This document shows positions 27,383-41,528 of a stretch of DNA of 64,000 nt, piece after piece. The stretch covers positions 54,112,001 through 54,176,000 of the forward strand of contig CP086569.2 of assembly GCA_009914755.4 (NCBI GenBank), in the 5' to 3' direction. The DNA is from the human T2T-CHM13v2.0 reference genome, Homo sapiens. The stretch's first letter is position 1; each line of letters begins with the position of its first letter. The notes below the pieces were generated by a model. That model saw only the letters and a program-made list of their open reading frames with translations. It was not told where the DNA came from and did not search any database. A program made the position numbers and the translations under genes.

Positions 27383-30300
27383 GGCCTGGAATAAAGTGGA
27401 ATGCTACGGTCTCGAATGGAATAAAAATGTATGGAATGGAATGCAATGAAACGGAATCGAATGTCATAGAATGTAATGGAATGCAACAAAATGGAATCCA
27501 AAATCATTGACTGGAAAGGCTGGGTGTCGAAAGGAATTGACTCCAATGGAATGGAATCGAATGGAATGGAAGTGAATAGAATCGAACTAAATCGAATGGA
27601 ATGGAATTGATAGGAACGGAATGGAAAGGAATGCAATGATTTGGCATGGAATGGAATCGAATGGCATCGAATGGAATGGAATGGAATGCAATGGAATGGA
27701 ATGTATTAGAATGTAATGAACTTTAATGGAATGTACTCGAATGGATTCGACTGGAATGGAATGTTGTGGAAGTGAATGGACTCCAATGGAATGGATTCAA
27801 AAGGAATGGAATCGTACGGAATGGAATCTAATGGAATGGAATTAAATGGAAATGAATCAAATTGAATAGCACGGAATTGAATTGAATGGAATGGAATGCA
27901 ATGGAATCTAATGAAACGGAAAGGAAAGGAATGGAATGGAATGGAATGGGCTGGAATGGAAAGGAATCGAAACGAATGGAATGGAATCGAACTGAAGAGA
28001 CTGGAATGGAATGCACTGGAATGGAAGGGAGTGTAATGGAAGGTTCTCGAAAAAAATGGAATCGAATGGAATGGAATTGAATGGAACGGAATAGAGTCGA
28101 ATGGAATTGAATGGAATGGAATGGACTAGAGTGAAATGGAATCGAACCACAAGGAATGGACAGGAATAGAATGGTCTCGAATTGAATGGAATCGTATGGA
28201 ATGGCATCAAACGGAATGGAATGGACAGCCACGGAATGGAATGCACTCGAATGCAATGGAGTCGAAACTAATGGACTGGAATAGAATGGACTCGACTGGT
28301 ACGGACTCCAATGGAATGGAATCGAATGGAAGGGAATCGAACGGAATGGACTCGAAGGGAAAAGACTGCAATGGAAAGGTCTCGAATGGAATGGAAATTA
28401 ATGGAATGGAATGGAATCGACTGAAATGGAGTCAAAAGGAATGGAATCGAATGGCAAGAAATCGAATGTAATGGAATCGCAAGGAATTGATGTGAACGGA
28501 ACGGAATGGAATGGAATCCAAAGGAATGGAACAGAATGGAATGGAATCGAATGGAAAGGACTCGAATGGAAATCACTCGAATAGAATGCAATTTAATAAA
28601 ATAGGATCAAATGTAATGGAATGGAATGGAAAGGAATCGAAACGAAAGGAATGGAGACAGATGGAATGGAATGGAACAGAGAGCAATGGTATAGAATGGA
28701 ATGGAATCATCTGGAATGGAATTGAATGGAATGGAATAATATGAAATGGAATGGAATGGAATGGAATGGAATGCCCTTGAATTAAATGGACTGGAATGGA
28801 ATGGACTCGAACAGAGTGGAATGGAAAGTGTTGAGATAGAATGGAATGGACTCCTTTGGAATGGTGTAGTATGCAATGCAATCGACTGGCAGGGAATCAA
28901 AAGGAATGTAATCGAATGGATTGGACTGGAATGCAATGGACTCGAATAGATTGGAAACGGAATGCAAAGGAATGGAATGGAATAGTATGGAATGGAATGG
29001 AAAGGAATGGAGTGGAATAGACTAGAGTGGAATGGAATGGACTGGAAAGCAATGGACTGGAATGGAACTTTCTTGAATGGACTGGAATCAAACGGAATGG
29101 AATGCAATGCAATCAAATGGCATGGAATAAAATAGAATGAAAGAGAATCAAATGGAATTGAATCGAATGGAATCGAATGGATTGGAAAGGAATAGAATGG
29201 AATGGAATGGAATGGACTCAAATGGAATGGACTAGAATGGAATGGATTCGAATGGAAGGCAAAGGAATGGAATCTATTGGAATGGACTGTAATGGAATGC
29301 AATGGAAGGGATTGGAATGGACTCGAGTGGAATGGACTGCAATAGAAAGGATTCGAATGGAATGAAAAAGAATTGAATGGAATAGAACAGAATGGAATCA
29401 AATCGAATGAAATGGAATGGAATAGAAAGGAATGGAATGAAATGGAATGGAAAGGATTCGAATGGAATGCAATCGAATGGAATGGAATCGAACGGAATGG
29501 AATAAAATGGAAGAAAACTGGCAAGAAATGGAATCGAAATGAATGGAGTGTTATGGAACGGACTCAAAAGGAATTGAATGTAATAGAATGGAGTGGAGTG
29601 GACTCGAATATAATGGACTGGAATGGAATGAAATCACATGGAATGGGAACGAATGGAATGGAATGGAAAGGAATGGAATCGAATGGAAAGGAATCGAATG
29701 GAAGGGAATGAAATTGAATCAACAGGAATGGAAGGGAATAGAATAGACGGTAATGGAATGGACTCGAATAGAATGGACACGAATGCTCAAATTGAATGGA
29801 CTCGAATGGAATGGAAATGAAAGGAATGTCATCGAATGGAATTGAATCGATTGGAATGAAATCGCATAGAATGGAGTGGAATCAAATGGAATTGAATCGA
29901 AAGGAAAGGAAGCGAATGGACTGAAATGAAATGGAATGGAATTGAATGGAAAGTAATGCAATGGAATAGAATGGAACGAAATTTCACGGAATGGAATCAA
30001 ACTGAATGGAATCAAATCAATGGAATCAAATCAAATGGAATGGAAAGGAATTGAATGGAGTAGATTGGATTGGATGGGATTGGAATGAAATGTACTGGAA
30101 AGGACTCGAATTTCATGAAACGGAATGGAATGAATTGGAACGGAATGGACTCGAATGGAATGGAATGTCATGGAATGGCATCAAATGGAATGGCATCAAA
30201 TGGAATGGAATCGAATGCAATGGAATGCTATGGAATGGAATGGAATGCATTGGAATGGAATGTCCTCTAATGGAATGGATTCGAGTGGAATGGAATCGAA

Positions 30301-30941
30301 TATAATGGAGTCGAATGAAATGGAATTGAAAGCAATGGGATCGAATACAATGGAATATACTGGAATGTAATGTAATGAACTCGAATGTAATTGACTGGAA
30401 TGGAATGTACATGAATGGAATGTAATCGAATGGAAAGTAATCCAATGGAATAGAATCTAATGCAATAAAATCGACTCAGATAGAGTAGAATGTAATGGAA
30501 TGGAGTGCAGAGCAATGGAATGGAATGGAATGGAATGGAATGGAATGGAATGGAATGGAATGGAATGGAATGTGATGGGATGGAATGGTATGGAATGGAT
30601 AGTAATGGACTGGAGTGAAATGGACTGGAAAGGAATGGACTCAAATTGAAAGGGCTGGAAAGGAATGGAGTCAAATGGAATGGTCTGGAATGGAATGAAC
30701 ACGAATGTAATGCAATCCAATAGAATGGAATCGAATGGCATGGAATAAAAAGAAATGGAATCGAAGAGAATGGAAACAAATGGAATGGAATTGAATGGAA
30801 TGGAATTGAATGGAATGGGAACGAATGGAGTGAAATTGTATGCAGTAGAAGGGAATAGAATGGAATGCAAGCGAAAGGAAAGGAATGGATTGGAATGGAA
30901 TGGAATTCATTGGAATGGAAGGGAATGTAGTGTAATGGACA
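27383..30941 (+). repeat. HOR unit U8, 3559 bp
   Basis: GGCC at 27383 and 30942. Confidence 0.85.
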
Positions 30942-33900
30942 GGCCTGGAATAAAGTGGAATGCTACGGTCTCGAATGGAATAAAAATGTATGGAATGGAA
31001 TGCAATGAAACGGAATCGAATGTCATAGAATGTAATGGAATGCAAAAAAATGGAATCCAAAATCATTGACTGGAAAGGCTGGGTGTCGAAAGGAATTGAC
31101 TCCAATGGAATGGAATCGAATGGAATGGAAGTGAATAGAATCGAACTAAATCGAATGGAATGGAATTGATAGGAACGGAATGGAAAGGAATGCAATGATT
31201 TGGCATGGAATGGAATCGAATGGCATCGAATGGAATGGAATGGAATGCAATGGAATGGAATGTATTAGAATGTAATGAACTTTAATGGAATGTACTCGAA
31301 TGGATTCGACTGGAATGGAATGTTCTGGAAGTGAATGGACTCCAATGGAATGGATTCAAAAGGAATGGAATCGTACGGAATGGAATCTAATGGAATGGAA
31401 TTAAATGGAAATGAATCAAATTGAATAGCACGGAATTGAATTGAATGGAATGGAATGCAATGGAATCTAATGAAACGGAAAGGAAAGGAATGGAATGGAA
31501 TGGAATGGGCTGGAATGGAAAGGAATCGAAACGAATGGAATGGAATCGAACTGAAGAGACTGGAATGGAATGCACTGGAATGGAAGGGAGTGTAATGGAA
31601 GGTTCTCGAAAAAAATGGAATCGAATGGAATGGAATTGAATGGAACGGAATAGAGTCGAATGGAATTGAATGGAATGGAATGGACTAGAGTGAAATGGAA
31701 TCGAACCACAAGGAATGGACAGGAATAGAATGGTCTCGAATTGAATGGAATCGTATGGAATGGCATCAAACGGAATGGAATGGACAGCCACGGAATGGAA
31801 TGCACTCGAATGCAATGGAGTCGAAACTAATGGACTGGAGTAGAATGGACTCGACTGGTACGGACTCCAATGGAATGGAATCGAATGGAAGGGAATCGAA
31901 CGGAATGGACTCGAAGGGAAAAGACTGCAATGGAAAGGTCTCGAATGGAATGGAAATTAATGGAATGGAGTGGAATCGACTGAAATGGAGTCAAAAGGAA
32001 TGGAATCGAATGGCAAGAAACCGAATGTAATGGAATCGCAAGGAATTGATGTGAACGGAACGGAATGGAATGGAATCCAAAGGAATGGAATAGAATGGAA
32101 TGGAATCGAATGGAAAGGACTCGAATGGAAATCACTCGAATAGAATGCAATTTAATAAAATAGGATCAAATGTAATGGAATGGAATGGAAAGGAATCGAA
32201 ACGAAAGGAATGGAGACAGATGGAATGGAATGGAACAGAGAGCAATGGTATAGAATGGAATGGAATCATCTGGAATGGAATTGAATGGAATGGAATAATA
32301 TGAAATGGAATGGAATGGAATGGAATGGAATGCCCTTGAATTAAATGGACTAGAATGGAATGGACTCGAACAGAGTGGAATGGAAAGTGTTGAGATAGAA
32401 TGGAATGGACTCCTTTGGAATGGTGTAGTATGCAATGCAATCGACTGGCAGGGAATCAAAAGGAATGTAATGGAATGGATTGGACTGGAATGCAATGGAC
32501 TCGAATAGATTGGAAACGGAATGCAAAGGAATGGAATGGAATAGTATGGAATGGAATGGAAAGGAATGGAGTGGAATAGACTAGAGTGGAATGGAATGGA
32601 CTGGAAAGCAATGGACTGGAATGGAACTTTCTTGAATGGACTGGAATCAAACGGAATGGAATGCAATGCAATCAAATGGCATGGAATAAAATAGAATGAA
32701 AGAGAATCAAATGGAATTGAATCGAATGGAATCGAATGGATTGGAAAGGAATAGAATGGAATGGAATGGAATTGACTCAAATGGAATGGACTAGAATGGA
32801 ATGGATTCGAATGGAAGGCAAAGGAATGGAATCTATTGGAATGGACTGTAATGGAATGGAATGGAAGGGATTGGAATGGACTCGAATGGAATGGACTGCA
32901 ATAGAAAGGATTCGAATGGAATGAAAAAGAATTGAATGGAATAGAACAGAATGGAATCAAATCGAATGAAATGGAATGGAATAGAAAGGAATGGAATGAA
33001 ATGGAATGGAAAGGATTCGAATGGAATGCAATCGAATGGAATGGAATCGAACGGAATGGAATAAAATGGAAGAAAACTGGCAAGAAATGGAATCGAAATG
33101 AATGGAGTGTTATGGAACGGACTCAAAAGGAATTGAATGTAATAGAATGGAGTGGAGTGGACTCGAATATAATGGACTGGAATGGAATGAAATCACATGG
33201 AATGGGAACGAATGGAATGGAATGGAAAGGAATGGAATCGAATGGAAAGGAATCGAATGGAAGGGAATGCAATTGAATCAACAGGAATGGAAGGGAATAG
33301 AATAGACGGTAATGGAATGGACTCGAATAGAATGGACACGAATGCTCAAATTGAATGGACTCGAATGGAATGGAAACGAAAGGAATGTCATCGAATGGAA
33401 TTGAATCGATTGGAATGAAATCGCATAGAATGGAGTGGAATCAAATGGAATTGAATCGAAAGGAAAGGAAGCGAATGGACTGAAATGAAATGGAATGGAA
33501 TTGAATGGAAAGTAATGCAATGGAATAGAATGGAACGAAATTTCACGGAATGGAATCAAACTGAATGGAATCAAATCAATGGAATCAAATCAAATGGAAT
33601 GGAAAGGAATTGAATGGAGTAGATTGGATTGGATGGGATTGGAATGAAATGTACTGGAAAGGACTCGAATTTCATGAAACGGAATGGAATGAATTAGAAC
33701 GGAATGGACTCGAATGGAATGGAATGTCATGGAATGGCATCAAATGGAATGGCATCAACTGGAATGGAATAGAATGCAATGGAATGCTAAGGAATGGAAT
33801 GGAATGCATTGGAATGGAATGTCCTCTAATGGAATGGATTCGAGTGGAATGGAATCGAATATAATGGAGTCGAATGAAATGGAATTGAAAGGAATGGGAT

Positions 33901-34495
33901 CGAATACAATGGAATATACTGGAATGTAATGTAATGAACTCGAATGTAATTGACTGGAATGGAATGTACATGAATGGAATGTAATCGAATGGAAAGTAAT
34001 CCAATGGAATAGAATCTAATGCAATAAAATCGACTCAGATAGAGTAGAATGTAATGGAATGGAGTGCAGTGCAATGCAATGGAATGGAATGGAATGCAAT
34101 GGAATGGAATGGAATGGAATGGAATGGAATGGGATGGAATGGTATGGAATGGATAGTAGTGGACTGGAGTGAAATGGACTGGAAAGGAATGGACTCAAAT
34201 TGAAAGGGCTCGAAAGGAATGGAGTCAAATGCAATGGTCTGGAATGGAATGAACACGAATGTAATGCAATCCAATAGAATGGAATCGAATGGCATGGAAT
34301 ATAAAGAAATGGAATCGAAGAGAATGGAAACAAATGGAATGGAATTGAATGGAATGGAATTGAATGGAATGGGAACGAATGGAGTGAAATTGTATGCAGT
34401 AGAAGGGAATAGAATGGAATGCAAGCGAAAGGAAAGGAATGGATTGGAATGGAATGGAATTCATTGGAATGGAAGGGAATGTAGTGTAATGGACA
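30942..34495 (+). repeat. HOR unit U9, 3554 bp
   Basis: GGCC at 30942 and 34496. Confidence 0.85.
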
Positions 34496-37400
34496 GGCCT
34501 GGAATAAAGTGGAATGCTACGGTCTCGAATGGAATAAAAATGTATGGAATGGAATGCAATGAAACGGAATCGAATGTCATAGAATGTAATGGAATGCAAA
34601 AAAATGGAATCCAAAATCATTGACTGGAAAGGCTGGGTGTCGAAAGGAATTGACTCCAATGGAATGGAATCGAATGGAGTGGAAGTGAATAGAATCGAAC
34701 TAAATCGAATGGAATGGAATTGATAGGAACGGAATGGAAAGGAATGCAATGATTTGGCATGGAATGGAATCGAATGGCATCGAATGGAATGGAATGGAAT
34801 GCAATGGAATGGAACGTATTAGAATGTAATGAACTTTAATGGAATGTACTCGAATGGATTCGACTGGAATGGAATGTTCTGGAAGTGAATGGACTTCAAT
34901 GGAATGGATTCAAAAGGAATGGAATCGTACGGAATGGAATCTAATGGAATGGAATTAAATGGAAATGAATCAAATTGAATAGCATGGAATTGAATTGAAT
35001 GGAATCGAATGCAATGGAATCTAATGAAACGGAAAGGAAAGGAATGGAATGGAATGGAATGGGCTGGAATGGAAAGGAATCGAAACGAATGGAATGGAAT
35101 CGAACTGAAGAGACTGGAATGGAATGCACTGGAATGGAAGGGAGTGTAATGGAAGGTTCTCGAAAAAAATGGAATCGAATGGAATGGAATTGAATGGAAC
35201 GGAATAGAGTCGAATGGAATTGAATGGAATGGAATGGACTAGAGTGAAATGGAATCGAACCACAAGGAATGGACAGGAATAGAATGGTCTCGAATTGAAT
35301 GGAATCGTATGGAATGGCATCAAACGGAATGGAATGGACAGCCACGGAATGGAATGCACTCGAATGCAATGGAGTCGAAACTAATGGACTGGAATAGAAT
35401 GGACTCGACTGGTACGGACTCCAATGGAATGGAATCGAATGGAAGGGAATCGAACGGAATGGACTCGAAGGGAAAAGACTGCAATGGAAAGGTCTCGAAT
35501 GGAATGGAAATAAATGGAATGGAATGGAATCGAATGAAATGGAGTCAAAAGGAATGGAATCGAATGGCAAGAAATCGAATGTAATGGAATCGCAAGGAAT
35601 TGATGTGAACGGAACGGAATGGAATGGAATCCAAAGGAATGGAATAGAATGGAATGGAATCGAATGGAAAGGACTCGAATGGAAATCACTCGAATAGAAT
35701 GCAATTTAATAAAATAGGACCAAATGTAATGGAATGGAATGGAAAGGAATCGAAACGGAAGGAATGGAGACAGATGGAATGGAATGGAACAGAGAGCAAT
35801 GGTATAGAATGGAATGGAATCATCTGGAATGGAATGGAATGGAATGGAATGAAATGCCCTTGAATTAAATGGACTGGAATGGAATGGACTCGAACAGAGT
35901 GGAATGGAAAGTGTTGAGATAGAATGGAATGGACTCTTTTGGAATGGTCTAGTATGCAATGCAATCGACTGGCAGGGAATCAAAAGGAATGTAATCGAAT
36001 GGATTGGACTGGAATGCAATGGACTCGAATAGATTGCAAACGGAATGCAAAGGAATGGAATGGAATAGTATGGAATGGAATGGAAAGGAATGGAGTGGAA
36101 TAGACTAGAGTGGAATGGAATGGACTGGAAAGAAATGGACTGGAATGGAACTTTCTTGAATGGACTGGAATCAAACGGAATGGAATGCAATGCAATCAAA
36201 TGGAATGGAATAAAATAGAATGAAAGAGAATCAAATGGAATTGAATCGAATGGAATCGAATGGATTGGAAAGGAATAGAATGGAATGGAATGGAATTGAC
36301 TCAAATGGAATGGACTAGAATGGAATGGATTCGAATGGAAGGCAAAGGAATGGAATCTATTGGAATGGACTGTAATGGAATGGAATGGAAGGGATTGGAA
36401 TGGACTCGAATGGAATGGACTGCAATAGAAAGGATTCGAATGGAATGAAAAAGAATTGAATGGAATAGAACAGAATGGAATCAAATCGAATGAAATGGAA
36501 TGGAATAGAAAGGAATGGAATGAAATGGAATGGAAAGGATTCGAATGGAATGCAATCGAATGGAATGGAATCGAACGGAATGGAATAAAATGGAAGAAAA
36601 CTGGCAAGAAATGGAATCGAAATGAATGGAGTGTTATGGAACGGACTCAAAAGGAATTGAATGTAATAGAATGGAGTGGAGTGGACTCGAATATAATGGA
36701 CTGGAATGGAATGAAATCACATGGAATGGGAACGAATGGAATGGAATGGAAAGGAATGGAATCGAATGGAAAGGAATCGAATGGAAGGGAATGCAATTGA
36801 ATCAACAGGAATGGAAGGGAATAGAATAGACGGTAATGGAATGGACTCGAATAGAATGGACACGAATGCTCAAATTGAATGGACTCGAATGGAATGGAAA
36901 CGAAAGGAATGTCATCGAATGGAATTGAATCGATTGGAATGAAATCGCATAGAATGGAGTGGAATCAAATGGAATTGAATCGAAAGGAAAGGAAGCGAAT
37001 GGACTGAAATGAAATGGAATGGAATTGAATGGAAAGTAATGCAATGGAATAGAATGGAACGAAATTTCACGGAATGGAATCAAACTGAATGGAATCAAAT
37101 CAATGGAATCCAATCAAATGGAATGCAGTAGATTGGATTGGATGGGATTGGAATGAAATGTACTGGAAAGGACTCGAATTTCATGAAACGAAATGGAATG
37201 AATTGGAACGGAACGGACTCGAATGGAATGGAATGTCATAGAATGGCATCAAATGGAATGGCATCAAATGGAATGGAATCGAATGCAATGGAATGCTATG
37301 GAATGGAATGGAATGCATTGGAATGGAATGTCCTCAAAAGGAATGGATTCGAGTGGAATGGAATCGAATAGAATGGAGTCGAATGAAATGGAATTGAAAA

Positions 37401-37999
37401 GAATGGGATCGAATACAATGGAATATACTGGAATGTAATGTAATGAACTCGAATGTAATTGACTGGAATGGAATGTACATGAATGGAAAGTATTCGAATG
37501 GAAAGTAATCCAATGGAATAGAATCTAATGCAATAAAATCGACTCAGATAGAGTAGAATGTAATGGAATGGAGTGCAGTGCAATGGAATGGAATGGAATG
37601 GAATGCAATGGAATGGAATGGAATGGAAAGGAATGGAATGGAATGGTGTGGAATGGATAGTAATGGACTGGAGTGAAATGGACTGGAAAGGAATGGACTC
37701 AAATTGAAAGGGCTCGAAAGGAATGGAGTCAAATGGAATGGTCTGGAATGGAATGAACACGAATGTAATGCAATCCAATAGAATGGAATCGAATGGCATG
37801 GAATATAAAGAAATGGAATCGAAGAGAATGGAAACAAATGGAATGGAATTGAGTGGAATGGAATTGAATGGAATGGGAACGAATGGAGTGAAATTGTATG
37901 CAGTAGAAGAGAATAGAATGGAATGCAAGCGAAAGGAAAGGAATGGATTGGAATGGAATGGAATTCATTGGAATGGAAGGGAATGTAGTGTAATGGACA
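34496..37999 (+). repeat. HOR unit U10, 3504 bp (shortest; subfamily B variant)
   Basis: GGCC at 34496 and 38000. Carries ggaaataaatgg (35511), ggaccaaatg (35711), a ~30-bp deletion at about 35825 and a 15-bp deletion at about 37110. Confidence 0.85.
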
Positions 38000-40900
38000 G
38001 GCCTGGAATAAAGTGGAATGCTACGGTCTCGAATGGAATAAAAATGTATGGAATGGAATGCAATGAAACGGAATCGAATGTCATAGAATGTAATGGAATG
38101 CAAAAAAATGGAATCCAAAATCATTGACTGGAAAGGCTGGGTGTCGAAAGGAATTGACTCCAATGGAATGGAATCGAATGGAATGGAAGTGAATAGAATC
38201 GAACTAAATCGAATGGAATGGAATTGATAGGAACGGAATGGAAAGGAATGCAATGATTTGGCATGGAATGGAATCGAATGGCATCGAATGGAATGGAATG
38301 GAATGCAATGGAATGGAATGTATTAGAATGTAATGAACTTTAATGGAATGTACTCGAATGGATTCGACTGGAATGGAATGTTCTGGAAGTGAATGGACTC
38401 CAATGGAATGGATTCCAAAGGAATGGAATCGTACGGAATGGAATCTAATGGAATGGAATTAAATGGAAATGAATCAAATTGAATAGCACGGAATTGAATT
38501 TAATGGAATGGAATGCAATGGAATCTAATGAAACGGAAAGGAAAGGAATGGAATGGAATGGAATGGGCTGGAATGGAAAGGAATCGAAACGAATGGAATG
38601 GAATCGAACTGAAGAGACTGGAATGGAATGCACTGGGATGGAAGGGAGTGTAATGGAAGGTTCTCGGAAAAAATGGAATGGAATGGAATGGAATAGAATG
38701 GAACGGAATAGAGTCGAATGGAATTGAATGGAATGGAATGGACTAGAGTGAAATGGAATCGAACCACAAGGAATGGACAGGAATAGAATGGTCTCGAATT
38801 GAATGGAATCGTATGGAATGGCATCAAACGGAATGGAATGGACAGCCACGGAATGGAATGCACTCGAATGCAATGGAGTCGAAACTAATGGACTGGAATA
38901 TAATGGACTCGACTGGTACGGACTCCAATGGAATGGAATCGAATGGAAGGGAATCGAACGGAATGGAATCGGAGGGAAAAGACTGCAATGGAAAGGTCTC
39001 AAATGGAATGGAAATTAATGGAATGGAATGGAATCGAATGAAATGGAGTCAAAAGCAATGGAATCGAATGGCAAGAAATCGAATGTAATGGAATCGCAAG
39101 GAATTGATGTGAACGGAACGGAATGGAATGGAATCCAAAGGAATGGAATAGAATGGAATGGAATCGAATGGAAAGGACTCGAATGGAAATCACTCGAATA
39201 GAATGCAATTTAATAAAATAGGATCAAATGTAATGGAATGGAATGGAAAGGAATCGAAACGAAAGGAATGGAGACAGATGGAATGGAATAGAACAGAGAG
39301 CAATGGTATAGAATGGAATGGAATCATCTGGAATGGAATTGAATGGAATGGAATAATATGAAATGGAATGGAATGGAATGGAATGGAATGCCCTTGAATT
39401 AAATGGACTGGAATGGAATGGACTCGAACAGAGTGGAATGGAAAGTGTTGAGATAGAATGGAATGGACTCCTTTGGAATGGTGTAGTATGCAATGCAATC
39501 GACTGGCAGGGTATCAAAAGGAATTTAATCGAATGGATTGGACTGGAATGCAATGGACTCGAATAGATTGGAAACGGAATGCAAAGGAATGGAATGGAAT
39601 AGTATGGAATGGAATGGAAAGGAATGGAGTGGAATAGACTAGAGTGGAATGGAATGGACTGGAAAGCAATGGACTGGAATGGAACTCTCTTGAATGGACT
39701 GGAATCAAACGGAATGGAATGCAATGCAATCAAATGGCATGGAATAAAATAGAATGAAAGAGAATCAAATGGAATTGAATCGAATGGAATCGAATGGATT
39801 GGAAAGGAATAGAATGGAATGGAATGGAATGGACTAGAATGGAATGGATTCGAATGGAAGGCAAAGGAATGGAATCTATTGGAATGGACTGTAATGGAAT
39901 GGAATGGAAGGGATTGGAATGGACTCGAATGGAATGGACTGCAATAGAAAGGATTCGAATGGAATGAAAAAGAGTTGAATGGAATAGAACAGAATGGAAT
40001 CAAATCGAATGAAATGGAATGGAATAGAAAGGAATGGAATGAAATGGAATGGAAAGGATTCGAATGGAATGCAATCGAATGGAATGGAATCGAACGGAAT
40101 GGAATAAAATGGAAGAAAACTGGCAAGAAATGGAATCGAAATGAATGGAGTGTTATGGAACGGACTCAAAAGGAATTGAATGTAATAGAATGGAGTGGAG
40201 TGGACTCGAATATAATGGACTGGAATGGAATGAAATCACATGGAATGGGAACGAATGGAATGGAATGGAAAGGAATGGAATCGAATGGAAAGGAATCGAA
40301 TGGAAGGGAATGAAATTGAATCAACAGGAATGGAAGGGAATAGAATAGACGGTAATGGAATGGACTCGAATAGAATGGACACGAATGCTCAAATTGAATG
40401 GACTCGAATGGAATGGAAACGAAAGGAATGTCATCGAATGGAATTGAATCGATTGGAATGAAATCGCATAGAATGGAGTGGAATCAAATGGAATTGAATC
40501 GAAAGGAAAGGAAGCGAATGGACTGAAATGAAATGGAATGGAATTGAATGGAAAGTAATGCAATGGAATAGAATGGAACGAAATTTCACGGAATGGAATC
40601 AAACTGAATGGAATCAAATCAATGGAATCCAATCAAATGGAATGGAGTAGATTGGATTGGATGGGATTGGAATGAAATATACTGGAAAGGACTCGAATCT
40701 CATGAAACGGAATGGAATGAATTGGAACGGAATGGACTCGAATGGAATGGAATGTCATAGAATGGCATCAAATGGAATGGCATCAAATGGAATGGAATCG
40801 AATGCAATGGAATGCTATGGAATGGAATGGAATGCATTGGAATGGAATGTCCTCTAATGGAATGGATTCGAGTGGAATGGAATCGAATATAATGGAGTCG

Positions 40901-41528
40901 AATGAAATGGAATTGAAAGGAATGGGATCGAATACAATGGAATATACTGGAATGTAATGTAATGAACTCGAATGTAATTGACTGGAATGGAATGTACATG
41001 AATGGAATGTAATCGAATGGAAAGTAATCCAATGGAATAGAATCTAATGCAATAAAATCGACTCAGATAGAGTAGAATGTAATGGAATGGAGTGCAGTGC
41101 AATGGAATGGAATGGAATGGAATGCAATGGAATGGAATGGAATGGAATGGAATGGAATGGAATGGGATGGAATGGTATGGAATGGATAGTAATGGACTGG
41201 AGTGAAATGGACTGGAAAGGAATGGACTCAAATTGAAAGGGCTGGAAAGGAATGGAGTCAAATGGAATGGTCTGGAATGGAATGAACACGAAAGTAATGC
41301 AATCCAATAGAATGGAATCGAATAGCATGGAATATAATGAAATGGAATCGAAGAGAATGGAAACAAATGGAATGGAATTGAATGGAATGGAATTGAATGG
41401 AATGGGAACGAATGGAGTGAAATTGTATGCAGTAGAAGGGAATAGAATGGAATGCAAGCGAAAGGAAAGGAATGGATTGGAATGGAATGGAATTCATTGG
41501 AATGGAAGGGAATGTAGTGTAATGGACA
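38000..41528 (+). repeat. HOR unit U11, 3529 bp
   Basis: GGCC at 38000 and 41529. Confidence 0.85.

Noticed and set aside
28511-28744. An apparently extended 77-aa version of the recurrent 67-aa plus-strand ORF
   Set aside because: It is caused by a single substitution (atagaatgg to acagaatgg at about 28521) that removes an upstream stop. It has no biological meaning.
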